DNA of 64,000 bases from a virus. Lineage: Duplodnaviria; Heunggongvirae; Uroviricota; Caudoviricetes. Where the stretch lies: positions 24,398-88,397 of the IMG/VR virus record IMGVR_UViG_3300046518_000157; one strand, given 5' to 3'. Position 1 is the first letter of the stretch, and each line of letters starts with the position of its first letter. A program made the translations under genes and the position numbers. This document shows, piece after piece, positions 52,229 to 61,723 of the stretch. Under the pieces are notes generated by a model, which was not told where the DNA came from, did not search any database, and saw only the letters and a list, made by a program, of their open reading frames with translations.

Positions 52229-52260
52229 CTAAAAAAAGAAGGTGCGAAATACCGCTACGC
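52229..52260 (-). terminator. Rho-independent terminator (shares the leader cgactaaaaaaagaagg with the terminator at 7266)
   Basis: Hairpin ggtgcg-aaataccgcta-cgcacc followed, on the minus strand, by a T7 run. Confidence 0.55.
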
Positions 52261-52279
52261 ACCCCCTCTCTTCCGTACT

Positions 52280-52633
52280 TTACTGAACTGCCTTAATGAG
52301 TTCATTCGACAGACGTTCTGCCAAAGCATTGTCTTGCGCTTCGGTAGGGTCGTCTTGATTCACAGGCTCACCAGTCGTAATGTAAAGCCAACGACCTTTC
52401 TTCAGAGCACCGATTTGGTTGGAGTCCGTAATTTCAGGACAGATTTCCCAACCAGGTTCGGTGCGAGGATGAAAACGACAATCCGTGGGAGCATTGTCAG
52501 GGCATGCGCAATAACGTGTCCGGATAGCTGTTGGATAAACAATAGCTGGACCTTCCGCGTTTGCGGCATTGAGACGGTCACGAAGACTGAACTCGAATGC
52601 CTGAATTTCTTCTACGTTTCTTTCAGACGACAC
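52280..52633 (-). CDS. Hypothetical Cys-containing protein
   Basis: 117-aa ORF; YCACPDNAPTDCRFHP...CPEI. Confidence 0.4.
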   Translation of the reverse strand: MSSERNVEEIQAFEFSLRDRLNAANAEGPAIVYPTAIRTRYCACPDNAPTDCRFHPRTEPGWEICPEITDSNQIGALKKGRWLYITTGEPVNQDDPTEAQDNALAERLSNELIKAVQ

Positions 52634-52956
52634 TTATTTCTCCTTATTGCACAAGTGTACTTGCAACTCGTTCCCGTTAGGGAGGCTCGGGTCGAGGACG
52701 GCGTAGCCGTTCTAAGTAGGGACCCGAAGTTTATTACCAGAAAGTTACTCGCTGGCCTTCGTTTTAAAACACTAAAACAAACACATACTTGCAAGCTACC
52801 GTAAAACATCTACGGTATTAAAGGTACTACTGGGGTAAACTCGTGGTTGTGTACCTGGTCTGGGTAAAGACATCCTTCGATGTCTTCCCAGAGAGTAAAA
52901 GAGGAAGTAGCTTCCTCTACCATCTGCTATTACGATGACTATACTTTACCCAGATA
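52634..52956 (-). ncRNA. Structured ~320-nt leader or ncRNA between a promoter-like motif and gene 52280..52633
   Basis: Multiple strong hairpins, including gcaagt-gt-acttgc, acggc-gta-gccgt nested inside cgggtc/gacccg, gaagacatc-cttc-gatgtcttc and gaggaag-ta-gcttcctc. No ORF. Confidence 0.35.
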
Positions 52957-52966
52957 CTTATACCAC
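52957..52966 (-). promoter_or_regulatory. Promoter-like motif (minus GTGGTATAAG)
   Basis: Plus-strand cttataccac. Confidence 0.4.
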
Positions 52967-52981
52967 GATTACGTCATTTAT

Positions 52982-55402
52982 TTAAAGACGCGGATCCATT
53001 TCTTTCTCTTGGTTGAGTTGCGAGATCATCTTCACAATCAACTCAGTCATTGCAGGACCGTTGTCAGCCGAAAGCATCTTCGTTGCCAGTTCGAACTCCT
53101 TGATAGAGACCTTCAGTTTACCACCAACTCGCTTCTGCTTGCACAGTGCTTCGTAGCGACGTTTGTAGTCGAAGCCATAGACGAGAGTCAGGTAATTTTC
53201 ATTCCGGACTTTCATATACGGTGCTACGTCTTCAGGTCCGGCGAGAGGTTTAATGACAACACCCTCCATGCCGTGTTCGATAGTCAGTTCCTTGAAGAAG
53301 TTTTCAGCCATTTGCAGCTGGCTCTCATCATCGAGATCGATGACCAGCCAGTCATCCCCATTCACTTCATCGAATGAGTCAGCTTGTTCAACGCGAGTAA
53401 ATACATTGCCATCGATTTTCAGAATTGCAAACGGCTTGTAATATGGCTCGCCAGTTGCGGAGTACAGATTCAGCGTATCCGAAAACGTCTTCAGATCGTT
53501 CTCAAGCAAATCCTGAGCATCGATCTTCTGCTTAAAGTCAAGCTTAGCAAATTCTTCGTCCTGAGCAAGTGTCGAAAGCTCATAGTGTACAAGACCTTCA
53601 TACGCTTTGAACTGCTCTTCAACAAGACCAGTACCAAGAGTCGTCCACGGCAGAAGCTCACCGTCCAGAATAAGTTCATCGAACGAATTCGGAAGGAACT
53701 TTTCTTCATACTCAGCAAGAAGCTTCTGAAGCATAACAGTAAGCTCTTCTGTCATGCGAATCTTGAATCCATTTCTGGAAACAAGGAAACACTTCTCCGG
53801 TTGACCGTGATACAGATACGCCTGACAACGTGAGCCCATGTACTTCGGTTGAATAGCAACCTGATCTACACCCTTGTCTTTGAAGTACTTAAGACCAGCT
53901 TCAAGGCTTTCGATCTTACCTTCGGTTGACGGAGCCGGAGCCATCGTACCAGAAATGTACTTAATGCCGTTCTTCAGCGTACGATTCAAAAACTTCATGT
54001 CGTCTGGAGACAACTTATAATCATAAATGCTGAAGGGACGCTCCTTCAAACCGATAGGTACGGTCAAGTCAGACTTCAACTCTTTTTGATGCTCGACCAG
54101 CGACTCGGTCTTGACATCGACGTAAACATATCGATTGTTTTTGTACGAAAACGCAGTAAGCTTGTTACCGTACACTGCTCCGGTATCCAGGAAGATCTTG
54201 TTACGGAACTCAATCTTACCGGCATTGTGAGCAACGTGACCGAATACATGAATAGGATGGTTACGAACAGCCTGATCGAAGATGAACTTGTACGCTTCAC
54301 GATAGTCTTTATCACGACGACCGAAAAGATTACGCTGCGCCTTAAGTGCATCATTGCTCAGCTTACCCAGATACTTGTTTTCACAAGGAGCATGGGTTAC
54401 ATACACGGTTCGTATATCCCGTCCAAATACTTTCAGGAACGGAGTAGAGTGATTGTCAAACAAGTCAACAAGCACGGCGGCAAGGTCAGGACGTTCCAGG
54501 AGAACCTTAAGTGAAGACATATACTTAGCCTCCAGTTCAAGATCAGGATTTTTGATTTCGCCCTTGATACGCTTCACAGCGTAGCTCTCATGGTTTCCGT
54601 GAATGATACGGCCACCTTCGTCAACAAACTTTGAAACCAGCCGAAGCATGTTCTCCGTGTCATTGCCTTTGTCTAGATAATCACCTACAAGAACGTTGAT
54701 ACTGTCCTTAGGCAACTTCTCCAGCATTTCAGTAAGACCCTTAACGTGCTCATGGGTATCACCGATGATGTTCAGCTCTTTGTTCGAAGTCAAGTACAAG
54801 CTGCTCTTGGCATAAACATCGAGGTCTTTGATTTCAACTTCGATATCAGCCCAGTACTTCGGATCACGTTCACGGATACGGATGTTTCCGTCGTGTTCTT
54901 TTCGGCCAAGGTTAGGAAGAACGTGCTGCTTAAAACGAGCTGCACTGCTGTCTACTACTAGCTTTTCTTCCGGCGTAGATTCAGACGAATATGACTTATT
55001 GGTGTACTCGAAAGTAACCAGTTCAGTACGATACTCGTTGGTTTCCGCAAGAGTCCTGACTTTCTTTCGGAACTCGTCGTTCATGCCAGTCGTATCAACG
55101 ATCACGAACTCGCTGTTGACAGGGAACATGATCGCAGCTTCAAGTTTCGCCATCAAGACCTTAAACGCGGCCTCTGAAGCCTCCGCCATGAGCGGGGAAT
55201 ACCGATGGAGGTTCTTATGGCCGTAAAGGCTCTCACGCTCGGAATCGGAGCTGATAATAGGAATTGCACAGCTCGCTCCAAGCCCTGCTTTGGCCATTTC
55301 TTCGCCAAGCGCAAGTTGAAGTTGGTGTGAGAACGTGCTCTTACCGCACATCGAAGGTCCGACGAGAATAAAAACGGTATGGAGCTTAGTTTCGATTTTC
55401 AT
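52982..55402 (-). CDS. pnkp: Polynucleotide kinase-phosphatase with a C-terminal ligase-like domain (bacterial Pnkp-type RNA repair enzyme)
   Basis: N-terminal P-loop (LVGPSMCGKST), a central calcineurin-like phosphoesterase (IIGDTHEH, GDYLDKGND, HGNHE), and a ~350-aa C-terminal domain with a candidate nucleotidyltransferase lysine (QPKYMGSR). Confidence 0.7.
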   Translation of the reverse strand: MKIETKLHTVFILVGPSMCGKSTFSHQLQLALGEEMAKAGLGASCAIPIISSDSERESLYGHKNLHRYSPLMAEASEAAFKVLMAKLEAAIMFPVNSEFVIVDTTGMNDEFRKKVRTLAETNEYRTELVTFEYTNKSYSSESTPEEKLVVDSSAARFKQHVLPNLGRKEHDGNIRIRERDPKYWADIEVEIKDLDVYAKSSLYLTSNKELNIIGDTHEHVKGLTEMLEKLPKDSINVLVGDYLDKGNDTENMLRLVSKFVDEGGRIIHGNHESYAVKRIKGEIKNPDLELEAKYMSSLKVLLERPDLAAVLVDLFDNHSTPFLKVFGRDIRTVYVTHAPCENKYLGKLSNDALKAQRNLFGRRDKDYREAYKFIFDQAVRNHPIHVFGHVAHNAGKIEFRNKIFLDTGAVYGNKLTAFSYKNNRYVYVDVKTESLVEHQKELKSDLTVPIGLKERPFSIYDYKLSPDDMKFLNRTLKNGIKYISGTMAPAPSTEGKIESLEAGLKYFKDKGVDQVAIQPKYMGSRCQAYLYHGQPEKCFLVSRNGFKIRMTEELTVMLQKLLAEYEEKFLPNSFDELILDGELLPWTTLGTGLVEEQFKAYEGLVHYELSTLAQDEEFAKLDFKQKIDAQDLLENDLKTFSDTLNLYSATGEPYYKPFAILKIDGNVFTRVEQADSFDEVNGDDWLVIDLDDESQLQMAENFFKELTIEHGMEGVVIKPLAGPEDVAPYMKVRNENYLTLVYGFDYKRRYEALCKQKRVGGKLKVSIKEFELATKMLSADNGPAMTELIVKMISQLNQEKEMDPRL

Positions 55403-56709
55403 GCTTGATCCTTGTTCTTAGTTACTACCACCATCGTCGAAGTAGCAATGTTATTTACACTATCACCGATTCCTTGAACAGAAATAGAGATTGCATGACC
55501 TTCCGAAACATTCCAGAACCAGTCACCGAATTCTTTAAGGCCCGGCTCCCACTTGTGATCATCATGACGGAACTGTGTTTCGTCCATCAGATAGTTCACA
55601 TTGAATTCCTTGTTAGGAACCGTGAGAATCAGCTTGTTGAAGTTAGTCTTCAGCACGGCTTGAATCAGCTCTGCTGCGACATCCTTTTCCATGTGTTCAA
55701 GCACTTCAGTGATGAGTACATCAGCTCCATCGAATAGAGCGCTGCAATCGTCAATTGATTCAGGAGTTGCTGCTTCTTTGAAGGTGATATTCTCAACTCC
55801 TCGACCACTGGCTTTCCCCACGGCGTTCTCACGTACTTCGTCATCCGCTTCATACGCAAGGATTTGTTCATACTTTGCACTGAGCGGGATCGAATAATTG
55901 AGTTCGCCGCACCCAATGTCAATGAGGACCGACCCTCCTCCCAAATGCGGGAAGATAGCCTCTTTACGTTGACTGAGAGTGTCCCCGTGCCAGAGGTTAA
56001 TACTGGGCGTATCGAGCAACGGCTTGTTTTTAGCAAAGGTTTCACGATTCGTAAACACATTCCGTTTAAAGAGGTATCGGATGAAGTAAGGTGCATCGAT
56101 GCGATTAATTGCATTGATGTACTTTTCAATGATATCTCCCTTAAGGTTGACGTAAATGCTCTTTGTCGTAACGCAGAACATCAAGAAAATAACCATTGCT
56201 GCATTCAGAAGATGATGAACACTAGGTCCGACAATGCGAACTTTGTATGCATGACCAGAAATCAGTTCTGCATGAAAGCTGTAGCCTTGATCGAAACCAA
56301 ACGGCCCATTGAAATGTTGCTCCATGTGCCTAAGCGTGCTTGCACTGCGAATCTCAACCGTAGTTTCGAGCCATGCGCTAAAAGGAACACTAGCATCTTC
56401 TTCCTGATGTTCTTTGAACGCAGTTGCCAGGCAGTTCGTCATCAGGCTAATCGGAAGGTACGGCGAAGCATAGCGAGTACGATCAAGATACTCAAACTCC
56501 TGGTCCCGCCCTTCGGCAAATGAGCAGTGCAGAGCATGATCCTTGAACCACAACCTAAAAGCTTGGTCTCCTTCTAGAAACCATCCGTACACTGAACCTT
56601 GTCGGATGGACTTCTTAAACGGATCTTTCGATTCACGAATCGTTGCGGGGTTTTTCTGAATGACCCAAGAAAACTTCGGGTTACTAGACCCAAGAGTAAG
56701 CACTGACAT
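55399..56709 (-). CDS. hen1: Hen1-like RNA 3'-terminal 2'-O-methyltransferase
   Basis: C-terminal Rossmann MTase motif I (VLIDIGCGE) with Hen1-type metal ligands (EVLEH ... RHDDH). A 4-nt overlap couples it to pnkp. Confidence 0.6.
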   Translation of the reverse strand: MSVLTLGSSNPKFSWVIQKNPATIRESKDPFKKSIRQGSVYGWFLEGDQAFRLWFKDHALHCSFAEGRDQEFEYLDRTRYASPYLPISLMTNCLATAFKEHQEEDASVPFSAWLETTVEIRSASTLRHMEQHFNGPFGFDQGYSFHAELISGHAYKVRIVGPSVHHLLNAAMVIFLMFCVTTKSIYVNLKGDIIEKYINAINRIDAPYFIRYLFKRNVFTNRETFAKNKPLLDTPSINLWHGDTLSQRKEAIFPHLGGGSVLIDIGCGELNYSIPLSAKYEQILAYEADDEVRENAVGKASGRGVENITFKEAATPESIDDCSALFDGADVLITEVLEHMEKDVAAELIQAVLKTNFNKLILTVPNKEFNVNYLMDETQFRHDDHKWEPGLKEFGDWFWNVSEGHAISISVQGIGDSVNNIATSTMVVVTKNKDQA

Positions 56710-56780
56710 TATTTAACCTTTTTGGAAGAGAGGTTTATGGACGACATAAATGATAGGACGAATCCTATCGTAATACTTCA

Positions 56781-56790
56781 CTTATACCAA
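56781..56790 (-). promoter_or_regulatory. Promoter-like motif TTGGTATAAG (minus), upstream of hen1-pnkp
   Basis: Plus-strand cttataccaa, 72 nt upstream of the start at 56709. Confidence 0.45.
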
Positions 56791-56792
56791 AA

Positions 56793-56981
56793 TCATAGGT
56801 ATTGTGTGAAAGGTCCAGTTGGATCTGGTTGGCGAGTGAAGGTTGCTGGGCCTTTAAAGGCGTCTTCATAATAACCGCAAGACTTACATTCTACCCAAAG
56901 AGGTGCATTGACTAGACGGTGTTTATTCAATTCGCCGCATTCAGGGCATTCTTCTAGGATATTGGTCATTGCAGTTTCCAC
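56793..56981 (-). CDS. Small zinc-ribbon protein
   Basis: CPECGEL...CKSCGYY. Confidence 0.4.
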   Translation of the reverse strand: METAMTNILEECPECGELNKHRLVNAPLWVECKSCGYYEDAFKGPATFTRQPDPTGPFTQYL

Positions 56982-57970
56982 ATTTCGTAAGACCGTTTTA
57001 CATCTTCGGTCAGTTGTTCCAATTTCAGACTATCTACCATTCTCTGAAAGGCTTCTCTGTCTTCACCTCTGTAATCAGACATGAAGTTTCCAAGCTCTTT
57101 ACCGGTAAGGCCAGTCCACTCAGATACGTTATTACCGTTGAACTTATCCTTAACACGCTCTGCTCGGAAATAGTCAAGCGTGGCCTTGATAAAGTTCAGA
57201 CCTATCTCTTGTGGCTCAGCTTCAGAAGCCAGCAGGATGCCGAGATCTTTTGAACCTCGCTTATCATTAAGATGTTTATTATCCATCCACTCCAAGAAAA
57301 GCATATACGTATTGCGTTTCTTATCACGGACTCGGCCTACAGCATTACGATTTTCCAACAGGTAATTCCACTTAGTGAAGTACTTGCTTGAGATTACGTA
57401 TTCAAAGATAGCTTCCAGGTTATCAAATCCCAATGCATACCTGGAAGGGTCGTATCCGAGAAGATCGAGGGCCTTTTCAAAGTTCTGAGTGATACAGATT
57501 TCTTTGACAAGAGTGGTTCCGACGATGTACTTATACCAGAGACCGTCGTGGCCAAACTTGAGACCGAGCCCATGAGCAGTCTGACCGATAAGATTACCAA
57601 GATCATTGAAAGCAAAATACTTAAAGGCAAAGTCATGGATTTCTCTAGGGACGGTAATGAAATCAATTTGAAAAATGGTTCGCTTAAACATCAAACCAGA
57701 AATGTCTAAAGCGAAAGAGATAACGTTTCCGTTAGTGTGAACCTCAGGAGAGTTAAGAGCTTTTTCGCAAAACTCTCTAAGAGTCTTTATCTCAATACCT
57801 GAAATCAGAATGTCAAGATCACCAAAACTCTCTTTCTCTCTATATGCCGGAATAACTGAAATGATTGCGTCTGGAAAAGCTTCTTTAAGAACAGTACTCG
57901 TACCTTCTGCTACATAGTCGTAGTACTGTTTCTCCAGACGGACTGCATTGCTGATTGCATTACCGCCCAT
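56966..57970 (-). CDS. Putative pol-beta-superfamily nucleotidyltransferase
   Basis: KESFGDLDILIS resembles the minimal nucleotidyltransferase hG[GS]...D[IL]D[IL] motif. The rest is unassigned. Confidence 0.35.
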   Translation of the reverse strand: MGGNAISNAVRLEKQYYDYVAEGTSTVLKEAFPDAIISVIPAYREKESFGDLDILISGIEIKTLREFCEKALNSPEVHTNGNVISFALDISGLMFKRTIFQIDFITVPREIHDFAFKYFAFNDLGNLIGQTAHGLGLKFGHDGLWYKYIVGTTLVKEICITQNFEKALDLLGYDPSRYALGFDNLEAIFEYVISSKYFTKWNYLLENRNAVGRVRDKKRNTYMLFLEWMDNKHLNDKRGSKDLGILLASEAEPQEIGLNFIKATLDYFRAERVKDKFNGNNVSEWTGLTGKELGNFMSDYRGEDREAFQRMVDSLKLEQLTEDVKRSYEMWKLQ

Positions 57971-57977
57971 GACTTCC

Positions 57978-58196
57978 TCACTTTTTTGCAGCTACAAGAT
58001 CTGAACCAAACTTTACAACGATAATTACGAGTGCAACCGGAAGGGTGATCGGCCAGAACAGACAAGCAAAGCCAAGCAGAAGTCCATACACAAACATATG
58101 AATCGTGTGGTAAGGCAACTGACGTTTCTTGTTAAGACCAAGAGCTACCGTAAAGGCAGCTACCCACAACAGAATTGCGAATAACAGATAGTCCAC
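57978..58196 (-). CDS. Small two-helix membrane protein
   Basis: 72-aa hydrophobic ORF. Confidence 0.35.
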   Translation of the reverse strand: MDYLLFAILLWVAAFTVALGLNKKRQLPYHTIHMFVYGLLLGFACLFWPITLPVALVIIVVKFGSDLVAAKK

Positions 58197-58922
58197 TTAA
58201 TTCTCCTTGACGGCCTTATCGACCTTATCCAAAATAGTAAGCACCTTGTCAATATCAAACTTGTCTTCAGTGCGAGCACCGGATTCAAGATCGATCCAAA
58301 CGAAGCCTTCTTCCACATCTTTGTGTTGCTGTAGCAATTCGAACACTGTTTGTTCTACGTTGTCTACGTTGATTCCACCTGCATAACCTACGTCATACCG
58401 GCTAGCCCAAGGTTCTGGAATATCCGGCCATCCTGCTTCCTGCCAGGAAATACCTCTGCCGCCAGAAGCGTCAAGGAGAATTTTCAGATCAGGAGGTACA
58501 TCTTCATCGAACATTCCATTGAGAAGAATGTCGGTGTTCTGACTATACTGGACGATTACAGTATTCTTCTCAGCCTTTGCGAATTCAAAGATCAAGTCTT
58601 TGTTTTCCGCAGTCAAGAAATTGAACTGAACTGCGTTGTACCCTAGCGTTACTTCGTTTTCGAAATGTTTCCAAGAAGACAGAAACGCCTCTACCGATTT
58701 GCCACAAAGATGCGCAGCAAGAGTGTAGTATTCACCTCTATCGTTCGTTGCCCAGTACAGCTTCTCCCTCCACTGTGCTGTTGGGTAACGAGGTTGGCCC
58801 TCACGGGATTTAGAAAATAGAATGCCCCATTCAACGAATGGATATTCACGACCGATATCATCCAGAATCGACGGATCAACTTCGTCGTCTGCGCCGGTAA
58901 TAGTAACGCCTAGTTCAATCAT
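58197..58922 (-). CDS. Hypothetical protein
   Basis: 241-aa ORF. Confidence 0.45.
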   Translation of the reverse strand: MIELGVTITGADDEVDPSILDDIGREYPFVEWGILFSKSREGQPRYPTAQWREKLYWATNDRGEYYTLAAHLCGKSVEAFLSSWKHFENEVTLGYNAVQFNFLTAENKDLIFEFAKAEKNTVIVQYSQNTDILLNGMFDEDVPPDLKILLDASGGRGISWQEAGWPDIPEPWASRYDVGYAGGINVDNVEQTVFELLQQHKDVEEGFVWIDLESGARTEDKFDIDKVLTILDKVDKAVKEN

Positions 58923-58931
58923 TGTTATTCC

Positions 58932-59426
58932 TTACGCTAGAGCTGCGGCTTCCGTAGCCAATTTATCTGCAAACTCGTTCCACTTATTTCCCGAATGGCC
59001 TTTTACCCATTGCCATTTAAGCGGAGGAGCCTTTTCTACCAAAGAGTCTAGTCGTTTCCAAAGATCCTGGTTCTTTACAGGCTTCTTATTGGAGCCAATC
59101 CAGCCTTTAGCTTTCCAACCCTTAATCCATTCTGTAATACCTTGCATGACGTATTTGGAGTCAGTAATGATAGTAATATCCTTTTCTCCGTCCAGCATCT
59201 CTAATGCAGAAATAACAGCCATTAACTCCATACGATTATTTGTCGTATCTTTTTCCCCACCATTACCACTGTGCAGATACTCCCCATCATTATAGGTGAA
59301 TACATATCCGTGCCCACCCTTACCAGGGTTATTAAGGCATGCACCGTCAGTGTAAATTACTACTTTATCTACTTCCATTATTTCTTTCGCCAAAAGCGTG
59401 TTGATTGAGACGTTTATCTTCTTCAA
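58932..59426 (-). CDS. rnhA: Ribonuclease HI
   Basis: VIYTDGACLNNPGKGGHGYV, NNRMELMAVISALE, ITDSKYV and QWVKGHSGNKWNEFADKLA match the RNase H catalytic motifs. Confidence 0.8.
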   Translation of the reverse strand: MKKINVSINTLLAKEIMEVDKVVIYTDGACLNNPGKGGHGYVFTYNDGEYLHSGNGGEKDTTNNRMELMAVISALEMLDGEKDITIITDSKYVMQGITEWIKGWKAKGWIGSNKKPVKNQDLWKRLDSLVEKAPPLKWQWVKGHSGNKWNEFADKLATEAAALA

Positions 59427-60012
59427 AAGCTCGTTCTACAGACCATCTATTTTCTATTATCCTGCTATACATCAATTTTCTATCCAAGTGTAATCTATTA
59501 CACCAGTTCACTAGCAAATCAGTTTCGCCTTTATATGTCAGCTTCACCGTAACGCCTCTATTAAGCGTCTGTTCTAAAGGAGTAGACCATCTACAATTTT
59601 CAAGGCTGTATTCTTTATCGGAGTCTATCCTATCCAAAGTCATACCCTCCGGACGTTCGCCCATATCTGCTAAGAAACCTTCGAACGATAACCATTTTTC
59701 ACATATAAAGATGCCTCTGCCCCCATACAAATAGTAGTTATCGTCGTTAGGATTTAAACATCTACTTTTCATTTTTGACCAGGAAGTGTAAGTCCTGGAG
59801 GTATGCATCCCATGTTTTAAATTTGACGTTCTACCTACACATCCGCATGATACAGTTGCCCCTGATTTCAAGGCATCTCTACTTATAGATTTATCAATGC
59901 CACATTGACATTTGCAAATCCACATTCTACTGTCTCCGCTTTCGAAGTCCGGTTTAATAACCGTCACCTTCCCAAACACTTGACCGGTTATGTCTTTCCG
60001 GACTTTCCACAT
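59365..60012 (-). CDS. HNH homing-endonuclease-like protein
   Basis: LDRIDSDKEYSLENCRWSTPLEQ is a typical HNH motif; Cys-rich N-terminus. It overlaps the RNase H start by about 60 nt, so the true start may be internal. Confidence 0.55.
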   Translation of the reverse strand: MWKVRKDITGQVFGKVTVIKPDFESGDSRMWICKCQCGIDKSISRDALKSGATVSCGCVGRTSNLKHGMHTSRTYTSWSKMKSRCLNPNDDNYYLYGGRGIFICEKWLSFEGFLADMGERPEGMTLDRIDSDKEYSLENCRWSTPLEQTLNRGVTVKLTYKGETDLLVNWCNRLHLDRKLMYSRIIENRWSVERAFEEDKRLNQHAFGERNNGSR

Positions 60013-60013
60013 A

Positions 60014-61723
60014 TTACGCCTTCTTTTTAAATAACATATCGTTAATTGCTTCTTGAGTTACTCCACGATGGACTTGTTCCACCTGGCCCCAGTTAAAACC
60101 GATTTCACCTTCAACACCAATCGGAAGAGTCAGCCAATCGAAATTCTCTACTGGCCATTCATTCATGTAATAGAATGCCGTCTCGATTACTTCTGCCGCA
60201 CGCTCAATCGGTACTTCGAATTCAACTGAGTCATACACAGTACAGATACTTTTACAACGAGGGTCGATCTTTTGAATTGCTTGGTTAAGATGCGCAAATG
60301 TAACTAGACCAAGAGTCGAAGTTGCACTTTGAATCCGTACATTCTGAGCATTGCGCAGTGATGCGTTATAAGCTGCGGTCTTCTTGAATACTTCCTGTGC
60401 TACATACTCATGTTTGTACTGACCAAATGGTGTCCAGACTTTCTGGTTCCAACGTGCCATATTGTGTGACTCTTCAATATAATCCTTAACTCCAGGGTAT
60501 GCATTGAAGTACATATTAACCAGACGTTCAGCTTCAGACTTGTCCAACTGCAACTGCATTGCAATACCACCTACTGAAGAACCATAAAGTATCGAAAAAG
60601 TTAAAACTTTTGCAACTTGTCGCATGCGTTTGTATTCTTTTTGGAGAGAATTACTCTTATCTTCCAAAATATGAATATATTCTTCGTATGACACGCCCAT
60701 CATCGCACTGGCAGAATACGAGTGAAAGTCCAAGCCCTCGGCAATCGCCTTAAGCATATTCTTGTCACGACAGATTGCGCCTAGAATCTTAACTTCAGCA
60801 GAACTAAAGTCAAAGGCAATAAATACATTGCCGCTATCAACGATGTAGCACTCTCGTACATTGTATCCATGTTTAGGACGTGGAAGCTGCGTAAGATTAG
60901 GACTGTCGCCAGTGATCCGAAAGCTGCTAGTGCCAAACATGTTATAGCTAGGATGAATCCGACCATCACGCTTAACAAAGTCCTCCACATACGTCTTGAT
61001 GAAAGTATTGTGAACACTATTAATATCCTTTCTCTTAGCCATATCTGCAAGGAACTGCAGCTTAGGATCTGGAGCATCATACTGGTTAGCCAGAGGATTT
61101 AACCCTGCCAGTGTGAGCAATGCCGCACCGTCAGTTGCATCATCACCAGACTTTGTCTTAAACGGAGCTACGAATCCAAGTTCTTCATAAAGCAGCTTAC
61201 CAACTTCTGTACCAGAGTCTAGATTGATTCTTTTACCGATTGCAGTAAAGATTTTTTCATCAAACTCTTCAACTTCACGAACCATCTGTTCAGAGATCTT
61301 GCGGTTACGATCAACGTCGTATGCCATGCCATTGATTTCAAGATCGATAATGAACTCGTGACAGAACATTTCTGTGTTGATCACTGATTCGATGATCGCC
61401 GGAGCCTTTGCCTTAATCGGCGCTCCATTGGGACCTACAATCTGCACTTCTTGAGGTTTTACTAAATCAGACCATAGACCTGTCAGGACTTCTGAAGTGA
61501 CAATGTTATCAATACCTGCATAGACGTAAAGATCTTCACTATCATAATCTTCATACGTTCTATAAATCTTCTTCTCAGCTACAGGTTCTTCAACCTTCGG
61601 TTTAGGCTCTGCTTTCTTGCGAGTCTTTTTCCCAACAGGTGTTTCTCGTACTTCAGCAATGACCTTCTCTTCTAGTACTTGCTCAGTCGAGGTCTTTGGC
61701 TTTGGGTCAATACGCTTAATCAC
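60014..61723 (-). CDS. DNA polymerase I (family A), polymerase domain
   Basis: Motif A (DFSSAEVKILG), motif B (RQVAKVLTFSILYG) and motif C region (VHDSVEFE). Confidence 0.8.
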   Translation of the reverse strand: MIKRIDPKPKTSTEQVLEEKVIAEVRETPVGKKTRKKAEPKPKVEEPVAEKKIYRTYEDYDSEDLYVYAGIDNIVTSEVLTGLWSDLVKPQEVQIVGPNGAPIKAKAPAIIESVINTEMFCHEFIIDLEINGMAYDVDRNRKISEQMVREVEEFDEKIFTAIGKRINLDSGTEVGKLLYEELGFVAPFKTKSGDDATDGAALLTLAGLNPLANQYDAPDPKLQFLADMAKRKDINSVHNTFIKTYVEDFVKRDGRIHPSYNMFGTSSFRITGDSPNLTQLPRPKHGYNVRECYIVDSGNVFIAFDFSSAEVKILGAICRDKNMLKAIAEGLDFHSYSASAMMGVSYEEYIHILEDKSNSLQKEYKRMRQVAKVLTFSILYGSSVGGIAMQLQLDKSEAERLVNMYFNAYPGVKDYIEESHNMARWNQKVWTPFGQYKHEYVAQEVFKKTAAYNASLRNAQNVRIQSATSTLGLVTFAHLNQAIQKIDPRCKSICTVYDSVEFEVPIERAAEVIETAFYYMNEWPVENFDWLTLPIGVEGEIGFNWGQVEQVHRGVTQEAINDMLFKKKA

